DNA of 32,000 nt, taken from assembly GCA_046345315.1 (NCBI GenBank), contig JBKDKA010000111.1:2062-34061 (forward strand), read 5' to 3'. This stretch comes from Planctomyces sp. Its GTDB lineage: Bacteria; Planctomycetota; Planctomycetia; Planctomycetales; Planctomycetaceae. Numbering within the stretch: position 1 is the stretch's first letter; every line of letters starts with the position of its first letter. The notes below the pieces were generated by a model that saw only the letters and a list, made by a program, of their open reading frames with translations, ran no database searches and had not been told where the DNA came from. Below, piece by piece: positions 16,464-25,260 of the stretch. The position numbers and the translations under genes are program-made.

Positions 16464-18068
16464 ATGGAATTCGACTTTGATGTGATTGTGATCGGAAGCG
16501 GCGCTGGAGGCGGAACTCTCGCTGCAGCCTGCGCTGCCTCAGGAAAGAACGTGCTGCTGATCGAGCGAGGTCACAGTCTTTCAGCGTCATCGAGTCACCT
16601 GGCCAACAGCGCAGTCACTCACGATGAGCAGTCAGTACTGATCGATAAAACTCCGTATGATGATCGCGAAGTGATCCTCAACGGGCGCGGAAATCGTCTC
16701 TACATCAGTGGCGTTACGGGTGGCGGTACTGAGCTTTACGGAGGTGCACTGCTGCGTCCCCGGCCGGAAGATTTTGAACCCGGACGTTATTACCGTGATC
16801 GCCTGCCGAAGGCGATCCACTGCTGGCCGGTCGGATTCGAGGAGCTGGCGGGCTACTTCGACGTCGCAGAGGGACTCTACCGTGTTGTCAATCCGGATCT
16901 GGTGCATATTCAGCCGTCGAATGTGACGCCATCGATGAATTCATGCCGCAGCGGACTGTCCCTGCTCAGAAAGTCTGAGCCGAAAGTCTCTGACGAGAGT
17001 AAAAACCGAGACACGGGACTTCCGCTTGCCGCCGTTAACGTGCGCCTTATGGGCTGTGCGCGAAATGCAGGTCTGATGCCGTACCGCCTTCCATTGGCGA
17101 TCGACGCGAGGACCTGCCTTCGGTGCGATCACTGTGCCGGATTTCCATGCCCGACGGGATCTCGACGCTCTTCATCACAGCTGATCGCTGACAGTATCGC
17201 TCGGGGAGAATCTCTGACGCTGATGACCGGATCAGAAGTCGTCCGGCTGATCCGAAATCGAAACCGTCGTGGAGACCCCAGATCATTGCTCGACGGTGTG
17301 GAGATCCTTGATCGCGCCAGTCAGCGTCGGCAGACTCTGAGAGCGAGACGTTACGTTCTGGCTGCGGGAGCAGTCGGTTCCCCCGTGATTCTGCTTCGCT
17401 CCGGTTACGAGCATCCACTGATCGGCCGGAACTACATGACACACTATTCACCGCTGTCAGTCGGAATCTATCTTCGTCGAACGGAAGCGGATTCTGCGTT
17501 TATCAAACAGGTTGGTCTTTCCGACTTCTACTTCGGAACTGCGGATCTGCCTGAGAAAATGGGAGTCGTCCAGTCGTTGCCTGCACCGGGGCCGCTGATG
17601 ATGCGCAAAGCAGGGCTGAAACGTGTCCCGAGCAGACTGCTGCAGACACTGAGAGCTCGCATGCTCCCTCTCATGGGCATTGTTGAAGACCTGCCCAGCC
17701 CCGGGAACCGCGTGACGATTGCGGATAACGGAAGAATCGGCCTGCGGCACAGTTTTTCAGAGTACGACAGCATTCGAGGAAGGGCGCTCGAACGGGAAAT
17801 GACGCGTCTCCTGCGTCTTTCGGGCGCTATCCACTGCGTCGGAAGTCAGATCCCTTCGCGTGAGCACGTCGCTCACCAGTGTGGAACGCTGCGATTCGGA
17901 ACGCATCGCGAATCCGCAGTTGCCGACCGCAGTTGCCGTCTTTTCGATCAGGAAGATGTTTTTGTCGCTGATGGAAGTTTCATGCCAACTTCACTCGGAG
18001 TTGGTCCATCCTTAACAATCGTCAGCAACGCTCTGCGGGTGGCTGACACGGTGATATCTGAATGCTGA
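16464..18068 (+). CDS. GMC-type / FAD-dependent oxidoreductase
   Basis: N-terminal VIVIGSGAGGGTLAAACAASGKNVLLIERG; LYISGVTGGGTELYGG; cysteine cluster CLRCDHCAGFPCPTGSR; C-terminal HQCGTLRFGTHRESAVADRSCRLFDQEDVFVADGSFMPTSLGVGPSLTIVSNALRVAD. Confidence 0.9.
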   Translation: MEFDFDVIVIGSGAGGGTLAAACAASGKNVLLIERGHSLSASSSHLANSAVTHDEQSVLIDKTPYDDREVILNGRGNRLYISGVTGGGTELYGGALLRPRPEDFEPGRYYRDRLPKAIHCWPVGFEELAGYFDVAEGLYRVVNPDLVHIQPSNVTPSMNSCRSGLSLLRKSEPKVSDESKNRDTGLPLAAVNVRLMGCARNAGLMPYRLPLAIDARTCLRCDHCAGFPCPTGSRRSSSQLIADSIARGESLTLMTGSEVVRLIRNRNRRGDPRSLLDGVEILDRASQRRQTLRARRYVLAAGAVGSPVILLRSGYEHPLIGRNYMTHYSPLSVGIYLRRTEADSAFIKQVGLSDFYFGTADLPEKMGVVQSLPAPGPLMMRKAGLKRVPSRLLQTLRARMLPLMGIVEDLPSPGNRVTIADNGRIGLRHSFSEYDSIRGRALEREMTRLLRLSGAIHCVGSQIPSREHVAHQCGTLRFGTHRESAVADRSCRLFDQEDVFVADGSFMPTSLGVGPSLTIVSNALRVADTVISEC

Positions 18069-18098
18069 CGAGACATCATATCAGCCGTGGTCAACGTT

Positions 18099-18193
18099 GG
18101 TTTCAAAACCGGGACTGGCTCCCGACATACGCGGTGTTTTCCCTCAAATTCCGCAACGGCAAGGGTGTCTGTCCCGTTTTTGAAATGCGATCT
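18099..18193 (+). repeat. 95-bp dispersed intergenic repeat, copy 2, with imperfect terminal inverted repeats
   Basis: Gapless alignment to 3206-3300. Ends 18101-18118 (TTTCAAAACCGGGACTGG) and 18168-18185 (TCTGTCCCGTTTTTGAAA) are complementary at 15/18 positions. Confidence 0.8.
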
Positions 18194-18210
18194 ACGAAGG
18201 AACGTCATCC

Positions 18211-19113
18211 ATGAGGGTGCGGCTGGAACAGTTTCGACAGGCCCGAGAGATTCACGGCGGCACTCTGAACATGATGGGAGCTGCTCTGGGAGTAAAGCTC
18301 TCTCGAATTCCTATTCCCACAGCGGCACTCCGACGAAAGGTGTTTCGTATGTTGTACGGTGGAAAATACCAGGCGCTCGATGAAGCTGAGCTGGAAATGC
18401 CTCTGGAGCATTACCCGTCAATCAATGCTCTGTTCACACGAGGTATTCGCCCTGAGCAGCGACCGATTCCGACAAGAATCGATCAGTTTCTCTCGCCAGT
18501 CGATGGAACGGTACAGGATCATGGCCTGATCCACGACGACACGGTAATGACGGTCAAAGGGGTTCGATACACGCTGGAGTCTCTCTGCCCGGAGACGAAT
18601 GTCCATCCCTATCGAGATGGGCGGTTCGCAATTCTCTTTCTTTCGCCGCGCGATTGTCATCGGGTATTCACTCCTGCAGAGGGAGTTCTTGAAAAGCTGG
18701 TTCATGTACCGGGGCATCGACTGCTCGTGCATCCGCCATTTCAACGTCCGGAGTTCCCGGTTTTTGCGCTGAATGAGCGTCTGGTGATGGAGCTCGACAC
18801 CACTCTTGGGCGATGCCTGATGATCATGGTGGCTGGCTGGGGAGTCGGTCACATCACGCATCCGTTTCGACTGGCTCACCGATTCAGCCCCAGACGTGTG
18901 TCCGTTACGAAGCTTGATCCCGCCCGCAATGTGGCTCGCAACGAATGGATAGCGACCTTTGAACTGGGATCGACGGTCATTCTGATCGTCGAGAAGGGAC
19001 TGTCGTCCGAAGCCCTGTTTCAGAAGGATCAGCAGATTCGGATTGGTGAGCCACTCTACGACGCCATTCCCGCGCGGAGTGAAGACACGAAACCTGAAAT
19101 CAGCACACCCTGA
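18211..19113 (+). CDS. psd: Phosphatidylserine decarboxylase-family protein
   Basis: YPSINALFTRGIRPEQRPI, FLSPVDGTV, NVHPYRDGRFAILFLSPRDCHRVFTPAEG, SVTKLDPARNVARNEWIATFELGSTVILIVEKG: the LGST autocleavage motif and SPxDG are both present. RBS-like GAAGGA upstream. Confidence 0.88.
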   Translation: MRVRLEQFRQAREIHGGTLNMMGAALGVKLSRIPIPTAALRRKVFRMLYGGKYQALDEAELEMPLEHYPSINALFTRGIRPEQRPIPTRIDQFLSPVDGTVQDHGLIHDDTVMTVKGVRYTLESLCPETNVHPYRDGRFAILFLSPRDCHRVFTPAEGVLEKLVHVPGHRLLVHPPFQRPEFPVFALNERLVMELDTTLGRCLMIMVAGWGVGHITHPFRLAHRFSPRRVSVTKLDPARNVARNEWIATFELGSTVILIVEKGLSSEALFQKDQQIRIGEPLYDAIPARSEDTKPEISTP

Positions 19114-19128
19114 ACAGGATAGACCAGT

Positions 19129-21099
19129 ATGTTGTTCGGTAGCGCCGACCACGGCTCAGCACTTTCCGAAGAAGTCGTGAACTATCTCCGCACTTCGGGC
19201 GAAGCGGGAACCTGTACCACTGAGCAACGGACTCGCCGCCGTCTTGTACTGACTGACAGCGGTGGTGTTTCTGTTGAAGACTACATTAACGCAGCTGATT
19301 CCCTGAATGCCGATGAGCGATTTCGCTCCGGTTCGACTCATGGCTGCCTGATCACGGAAACAGAACTCCGAAGCTGCGACGTCAGTTCAGCGCCGGAAGA
19401 AATCGTCGTGTTCATGGAAGGTTCGGTAACTCCGAGAGCTCTGAGGCTCATGTCTCTGGTCAGGACTCTGGGCCAGGGGAACAGAACTCAATGTGTCGTC
19501 GTAATTACTTCGCTGCAACGACACCTGACGGAGAATCCGGATCAAACTCTGGAACAGACTCTCCTCTTTCAGCTTAAGCCCTGCCTCTCGGCGCTGACTG
19601 TCATTCGAACCGGGATGATTCTGAGCCCCAACTCAAGTGTTACACGCAGTGCTCGTCGTTTCGGAGCCACTCTTCCCCTGATCAGTCCGGCACTTTCCGG
19701 GACATTTCTGACGATCGAAAGTCTCGTCGCGATCATCGAAACGGAGATGCAGCTTCAGCAGTTGCAGGACAACTGTACGCCGTTGACAGACTCATCGGGA
19801 GTCCGAACGCTGACAGTGCCGGGCAGCCGCCGATTGCTGAGAGATGTCGTCTCGGAAGTCACATCCCCACCAGAAAATGTTTCGTCCCGAATCGTGCAGT
19901 TCGCGTTTCAGGCTGCCGCTGCAATCGGTGTTCGGTGGATGATCGCGGAATCGCTGCGGTTCCTCGCGAAGATCTCCACATCATGCAGGAAGCTCACAAG
20001 TGATACGCTTCATCCTCAGTCTGTCGAAGAACTCAGGCAGCTCTGCAATCGACACAGCACAGACCAGATCCAGATCGCTGGCTGCAACAACGGTGTTCGA
20101 CATTTCGGATGGAAGTTTCCGTCGAAAACGGTCGTTCTGACAACCAGAATGCCGGGCCGTGCGGAACTACTGGACGATCCACCCGGTGTATCTTTCGAAA
20201 CCCTGTCGTTCACTGCTTCGGTAACTCCAAACGTCGGGAAGCCGGTTCGTCGATTCAGAGTCGATGCAGGGCTTACACTGAAATACTGCATCGACGAGCT
20301 CGCGCGATCCGGATACGAGTTCTTCGTTGTTCCGAACTATTCCTATATCAGTATGGGAACGCTGTTTTTCGTTCCGATACACGGTTCCGGAAGTCGCGTG
20401 TCTACGCTGGGTGATACGATTGAGGAAGTCACACTCTGGAACCGCTGTACAGAGCAGCATGCAACCGCTCGCAGGGGTGATGAGCTGTTCCGTCAGGTGA
20501 TGTACTCACCATCCGGTCACTGGGTAGTTCTGAGCCTGACTCTGGCCGTTCGCGGCAGAACGAGATACACCGTCCATTGTGAGTCGCTGCACCATTCGAC
20601 CGCCGATGACATTCTCGAGATCCTGAATGACACTGAAGCGTCGAACGTAGAAATCCGCAGGCATAGTGCCTCTTCAACATCGATTGATGTCAGTCGGTAT
20701 TACGCAGAGGAACACAGCGACAGCTCAGGCACGGCTCCTTTTCCGGGAGCATCCGCTGCGCCCCGGGACAGAATCGGCCGCATCTGGGATCGACTCGAGG
20801 AAACGCCGATTGTCTCCACACTGTTCCATTGGTTCGTACGAACTTACGCGTTTCACGTTGAGTTGTTCCTGACGTCAGAGGAATTCCGAATCCTCTGGGA
20901 ACATCTTCACACACTGCCGGTTTCCAAGATTCAGCTGCGTCGCCTTCTGAAAGACGGCATGCCTCACTCTGCGTGCCAGGATGACGATCGTGTTTCCGCC
21001 GACCTGTTCATGACTCAGGGGAATCGAGATGTCTTCTGCCGATTTGTTGAACGGTACATCCCGAATGTTCGAACGAACCCCGGAAAACAGTCCTTCTGA
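19129..21099 (+). CDS. Divergent SDR/epimerase-like region fused to FAD-binding (PCMH-type) oxidase-like domain; function unknown
   Basis: Long ORF in the same run as psd. N-terminal part has epimerase-like CVVVITSLQRHL ... LTVIRTGMILSPNSSVTRSARRFG. C-terminal part has PQSVEELRQLCNRH ... RRFRVDAGLTLKYCIDELARSGYEFFVVPNYSYISMGTLFFVPIHGSGSRVSTLGDTIEEVTLW, resembling FAD_binding_4. Confidence 0.7.
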   Translation: MLFGSADHGSALSEEVVNYLRTSGEAGTCTTEQRTRRRLVLTDSGGVSVEDYINAADSLNADERFRSGSTHGCLITETELRSCDVSSAPEEIVVFMEGSVTPRALRLMSLVRTLGQGNRTQCVVVITSLQRHLTENPDQTLEQTLLFQLKPCLSALTVIRTGMILSPNSSVTRSARRFGATLPLISPALSGTFLTIESLVAIIETEMQLQQLQDNCTPLTDSSGVRTLTVPGSRRLLRDVVSEVTSPPENVSSRIVQFAFQAAAAIGVRWMIAESLRFLAKISTSCRKLTSDTLHPQSVEELRQLCNRHSTDQIQIAGCNNGVRHFGWKFPSKTVVLTTRMPGRAELLDDPPGVSFETLSFTASVTPNVGKPVRRFRVDAGLTLKYCIDELARSGYEFFVVPNYSYISMGTLFFVPIHGSGSRVSTLGDTIEEVTLWNRCTEQHATARRGDELFRQVMYSPSGHWVVLSLTLAVRGRTRYTVHCESLHHSTADDILEILNDTEASNVEIRRHSASSTSIDVSRYYAEEHSDSSGTAPFPGASAAPRDRIGRIWDRLEETPIVSTLFHWFVRTYAFHVELFLTSEEFRILWEHLHTLPVSKIQLRRLLKDGMPHSACQDDDRVSADLFMTQGNRDVFCRFVERYIPNVRTNPGKQSF

Positions 21100-23335
21100 G
21101 CCGATAGATTCCGGTCTTCCCCATCGGATTTCTTCAGAAGACACTTTGCTGGCTGCTGACTTGTCGGCCCCTGAACGGTCGGTTCTGGAGACTTGCGACA
21201 GAATCGCTCGTCTGAAAATTCCCAATCTGCTGCGCCTGTATCTGAACCCTTTCGTTGCACAGACCTGTGTTGCACTCAGCGAGATTGTGCAGACGGCCTG
21301 GCCCTCGTGTCGCAGAGATGGATCACGACCATCGTTTCTTGCGAATTCCGGGGAGGAAGCGCTAAGCGGAGCCATCAAGCTGGCTCGCTTTACAATGAAC
21401 ACTCGGAGCGATTCTCGGGGGCGAACTGCGGGGACTCCGGTGTCAGCCGACGTGCTGCTGATCGATGAAGAGAAACAGTTTCCCGCTTTCGAAGCGATTG
21501 ATGTCAAGCCGAGTGAAAACTCATCAGTCAGCCGCGTTGAATGGATACCTGGAATTCGCCGGGTATCGGCCGCTGAGCTTCAGTCATCGGACATCCTTCC
21601 GGCTGGATCACATGTCGGCATTGTCGTTTTCGCGTCGCTCAGTGCAACGGACAATGTCGACCGTCTACGAGCAGTGCTGCAGCGCTTTCAGGCGAGCGGA
21701 GGTCTGCTTGTCTTCTGCCTGAACAGCGACTGGGAACACCATCCATTGGCTGAAATTTCCGACAGTCCGGTCCGGAGAACTATTGGCGTTGCAGGAAACT
21801 CTTCCGAACTTCGCCCGGACATTGTTGTGTTCGATTCTTCATTTACAGACAACGCGGTCCCTTTCGGAGCCTTCAATTCCGATGGCGAGCTGTACTCGCA
21901 GTGGATGAAGAAAGGAATGGCGACATTCCATTCGACAACGTATCAGCCCAACACGATCTCCACGATGCACTTCCTGAAGTGTCTGGAAAAACATGCGCCG
22001 AGATTCTTCAGCACTTTAGAGAATCAACTGAAACCATTACTGGCCGACCAGAGACGTCTGAAACGCACCTTTCAGGAGCTCTATAGCCCTTCATTGGGTC
22101 GAATTGTCTCTGCGTCCGGCTTTGATGACGAGGATATCACGGCGTCAGGGCATTTCGTTCGGGTTGGGTCAAGACGAATGTTTGACGGCATCGGTGGCGT
22201 TGCGTGCAGCATTCGAGGTCATAATCCGGAGCACTGGTCTGAAGAAATCCGTTCTCTCGGTCCGAGTGAACAAGTGCAGACCGGACTGGCGAACATGCTT
22301 TTCCAGATGACCGGCCTTCGCCACTTTGTGCCTGCCGTCAGCGGCGGTTCTTCTGTCGAACAGGCGCTGGAACTTGCGCTGGTCGCTCAGGCTCCACGAA
22401 GAACAGTGATCGCACTTCAGGGTGGTTTCGGCGGCAAAACTCTCGTGGCTCTCACAGGAACCTCACGAGATTCCTATAAATCCCGCCTGGATCCACTCTA
22501 CCAACACGTGGTCTACATCGACCCATTCGCCCCGGATGCTCTGGAAACACTCAGGTCTCGGGCGGCGCTGGGTGACGTGGCGGTGATTCAGCTGGAGCTG
22601 ATTCAGGGTGTCGGTGGCGTTCGCAAGATCCCGCCGGCACTGACAGATGCCCTGCAATCGCTCTGCGATGAACACGGCATTCTGCTTTTTGTCGATGAGA
22701 TTCAGACCGGGATGTTTCGTACCGGGCCATTCATCCGATCAAATGAGATCGGTCTGTCTCCGGATCTTCTGACTGTCGGGAAGGGAACAAGCGACATGAT
22801 GTTCCCATTCGCGCTCACTCTGTTCAGCGATCGAGTTGAGCGTCTCCTCCATCGCAGTGGAACAGATCTGCCGCTGCTGTTTCGACAACGCAACAACTAT
22901 GAGATCGGATACCGCTGTGTTCTGAATACACTGAAGCGAAGTTACTCCGAAGGACTTTCCGAACAGGTTCGCGCGGCCGGTGCAGGTTTTGAGGATGCGT
23001 TCCGCCGCCATCTCTCACCGATCCGTGTTGTCAGAGAGACTCGGGTCTTCGGACTGCTGATTGGAATTGAGCTGAATCTGGATCGCACGCTTCTTCAGAA
23101 GATGAGACTCAATGCAACTCATCTCTTTCTGGCTCAGATGATGCGCCACCCGGGATTCCCGCTGCTGATGGGTTTTTGCCAGTACGAGCCATCGATCCTG
23201 AAGTTTACGCCGCCCCTGTCCGTGACTCCGGACGAAACTGAAGCTGCATGTCAGGCGATCGGAGAGTCGCTGCAGAGTTCCACGATGACACTGCTTCGAA
23301 CAGGTTTTGGCGCTCTCCGCCGGGCACGAAAGTAG
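21029..23335 (+). CDS. Class-III PLP-dependent aminotransferase with a large N-terminal, apparently degenerate aminotransferase-like region
   Basis: C-terminal half: MFDGIGGVACSIRGHNP, PAVSGGSSVEQALELAL, LFVDEIQTGMFRTG, PDLLTVGKGTSDMMFPFAL (Lys codon at 22781-22783). N-terminal half: PSFLANSGEEALSGAIKLAR and LRPDIVVFDSSFTDNAVPFGAF. The start may instead be the internal ATG at 21065. Confidence 0.85.
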   Translation: MSSADLLNGTSRMFERTPENSPSEPIDSGLPHRISSEDTLLAADLSAPERSVLETCDRIARLKIPNLLRLYLNPFVAQTCVALSEIVQTAWPSCRRDGSRPSFLANSGEEALSGAIKLARFTMNTRSDSRGRTAGTPVSADVLLIDEEKQFPAFEAIDVKPSENSSVSRVEWIPGIRRVSAAELQSSDILPAGSHVGIVVFASLSATDNVDRLRAVLQRFQASGGLLVFCLNSDWEHHPLAEISDSPVRRTIGVAGNSSELRPDIVVFDSSFTDNAVPFGAFNSDGELYSQWMKKGMATFHSTTYQPNTISTMHFLKCLEKHAPRFFSTLENQLKPLLADQRRLKRTFQELYSPSLGRIVSASGFDDEDITASGHFVRVGSRRMFDGIGGVACSIRGHNPEHWSEEIRSLGPSEQVQTGLANMLFQMTGLRHFVPAVSGGSSVEQALELALVAQAPRRTVIALQGGFGGKTLVALTGTSRDSYKSRLDPLYQHVVYIDPFAPDALETLRSRAALGDVAVIQLELIQGVGGVRKIPPALTDALQSLCDEHGILLFVDEIQTGMFRTGPFIRSNEIGLSPDLLTVGKGTSDMMFPFALTLFSDRVERLLHRSGTDLPLLFRQRNNYEIGYRCVLNTLKRSYSEGLSEQVRAAGAGFEDAFRRHLSPIRVVRETRVFGLLIGIELNLDRTLLQKMRLNATHLFLAQMMRHPGFPLLMGFCQYEPSILKFTPPLSVTPDETEAACQAIGESLQSSTMTLLRTGFGALRRARK

Positions 23336-23394
23336 AGTACTTGAGATGACCAGGGAAAACCGAAGCGACACCATACCTGTCAGCGAGGAGTGAT

Positions 23395-23970
23395 ATGGAT
23401 ACAACAGAGACGGAATTGTGTATGAAGCGGAATCAGCCACTGAGTATCCTGAAGATTGATTTTGACGAACTGTATCGCCGACATCTCTGTCGACATGGTC
23501 AGTTCGGTCTCAACGTGCTTCATCTGATTTCTGTGTACGGAGTCTATTTCTCAGTCTTTGCGCTGGTCGTGGCCCTCATTCAGCTCGCGTTTCCAGGCTT
23601 GTCATCTGCTGCGAGCGCAGTTGCGATTCTCGCACTTTCCGGCCCGTACCTCTGTCTGCTCCTGCTTAACATTCCGGTCCCTGTGCTGCTCCTGACCCTG
23701 CTTTCCGTCATTGTCCTGACAGTCAGCGCCCTGGCGGTCATTTCCATTCCGATCTGGGCGCATCTTCTCCTGATCGTCTTCTGGCACCGTTTTCAGATCT
23801 GGAGCCACCGGTACTACACAGAACACAGAGATATGTCAGAATTTGAGACGAAATACCGAAAGGGGATCCGCCTCTTTACGTTGCTGGCCGTCTACGAATT
23901 GCCAATCCTGCTGCATTATCTGATGGCTGGCGGCTGGAGGAGCGAACGGGCTGAGGAGTTCCAGTTCTGA
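23395..23970 (+). CDS. Small multipass membrane protein, possibly Mpo1-like/DUF962-like
   Basis: GAGGAG RBS 5' of ATG 23395; several hydrophobic helices; conserved-looking polar blocks ELYRRHLCRHGQFGLNVLHLISVYG and WSHRYYTEHRDMSEFETKYRKG. Confidence 0.7.
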   Translation: MDTTETELCMKRNQPLSILKIDFDELYRRHLCRHGQFGLNVLHLISVYGVYFSVFALVVALIQLAFPGLSSAASAVAILALSGPYLCLLLLNIPVPVLLLTLLSVIVLTVSALAVISIPIWAHLLLIVFWHRFQIWSHRYYTEHRDMSEFETKYRKGIRLFTLLAVYELPILLHYLMAGGWRSERAEEFQF

Positions 23971-24110
23971 CCCATGATGCGTTTCCGGCAGCCGCTTCAG
24001 GCAAGACATCGGCGACGCAGGACTGGCTCCTCATGCGGGATTGAGATTGACGGACAAACGGCTGTCGTCAGTCGATCCACAAAGATCAGATGAGTCAGGC
24101 ACAAAAAACG

Positions 24111-24142
24111 ACAGCAGGACCGGAACAAACCGGTCCTGCTGT
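24111..24142. terminator. Bidirectional rho-independent terminator between convergent genes
   Basis: ACAGCAGGACCGG-AACAAA-CCGGTCCTGCTGT: 13-bp perfect stem, 6-nt loop, flanked on the left by ACAAAAAACG (U-tract for minus strand) and on the right by TTCTC. Confidence 0.88.
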
Positions 24143-24174
24143 TTCTCTGACTTCTCAGCACTCAACAGGCGTTC

Positions 24175-25218
24175 TCAGAACTCACCTGTCACTTCGCCAC
24201 CCATTCGTGTGGAGATGGCAATTACAACGGACGCATCAGTATTCTCAGACAGGAACCGCACGGAACCATCGGCCATGCACGCGTTCACACCACCAACGTG
24301 CCACGAGTAGTAGTCCGTTCTGTTCTGACAATTGAACACACAACGGCCGAAGATGACGGTTGCGTATGGAGCGCCGGATGCCGTCGAATTAGCGTTGGTG
24401 CCGTCAGGAGCCGAGCCATTGATACTGCGCGATACCGTATCGATATCTGCCCAGCCCCAGCCGTCAAGAACAAAGTCACCAGCCGCGTTTCTCGCCACAT
24501 TCACGGTATCAGTACACTCGCCACCACACTTCTGGTAATCAGCTTTGTAGCGGCGAGGTCGCCCCGCTGTTTCACCAATCAACAGGGTGTTGGACAGCCC
24601 GTCGGTGATAAAGCTGAGTTTCGTGTGCGTATCGCGGGCCATCGCGCCTGGAAGGCCGCGGAGAATTCCAGCCGGCAGGGCAATGCCGTTTGCTTCGTAG
24701 AATGACCGTCGCACTTCATTCGTCGTACCGTAGTCAGCCGGGCCAAGACCAGCTGCCGGCCAGGTGAAGTTACGCACGCCTGCAGGATCGCGAGCGGTAT
24801 CGTGGATCTGAGCAGTCGGTGGCGAGTCATAGCCAGGAGTGGATGGGCACTGCCATACGTTGAGTCTATTCGCCGCCAGGACGACGTTGTTCGGATGATT
24901 CCAGCTCTGATTGAAGTTCCACTGATTGTAAAGCGGAGCCTGCTCGATGAAGGGCAGAACCATAGCCGACCAGGCGTTGACGGACCCCTGAATCGTGATT
25001 CGACTCATCGGAAATGTCCCATATGAGCTTTCGTAGTTGTGAAGCGCCAGCCCAAGCTGCTTCAGATTGTTCTTGCACTGAGTTCGTCGAGCTGCTTCGC
25101 GAGCCTGCTGCACAGCGGGCAGCAGCAACGAGACCAATACCGCGATAATCGCGATGACCACCAGAAGCTCAATGAGTGTGAAACCGCGGCTGCGGTTTCG
25201 TCTGTTGTTCTCTGACAT
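24175..25218 (-). CDS. DUF1559 domain protein with type IV pilin-like N-methylation/cleavage signal
   Basis: [54 protein letters not shown] ... [20 protein letters not shown]. Confidence 0.95.
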   Translation of the reverse strand: MSENNRRNRSRGFTLIELLVVIAIIAVLVSLLLPAVQQAREAARRTQCKNNLKQLGLALHNYESSYGTFPMSRITIQGSVNAWSAMVLPFIEQAPLYNQWNFNQSWNHPNNVVLAANRLNVWQCPSTPGYDSPPTAQIHDTARDPAGVRNFTWPAAGLGPADYGTTNEVRRSFYEANGIALPAGILRGLPGAMARDTHTKLSFITDGLSNTLLIGETAGRPRRYKADYQKCGGECTDTVNVARNAAGDFVLDGWGWADIDTVSRSINGSAPDGTNANSTASGAPYATVIFGRCVFNCQNRTDYYSWHVGGVNACMADGSVRFLSENTDASVVIAISTRMGGEVTGEF

Positions 25219-25260
25219 TTCTCAAAATCCTTTCAGAATAAAGTTACAAGTCACCATGAA

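Noticed and set aside
17948-18208. 86-aa minus-strand ORF containing HFKNGTDTLAVAEFEGKHRVCREPVPVLK
   Set aside because: The peptide is a translation of the 95-bp dispersed repeat in reverse; more likely a non-coding repeat than a real protein.
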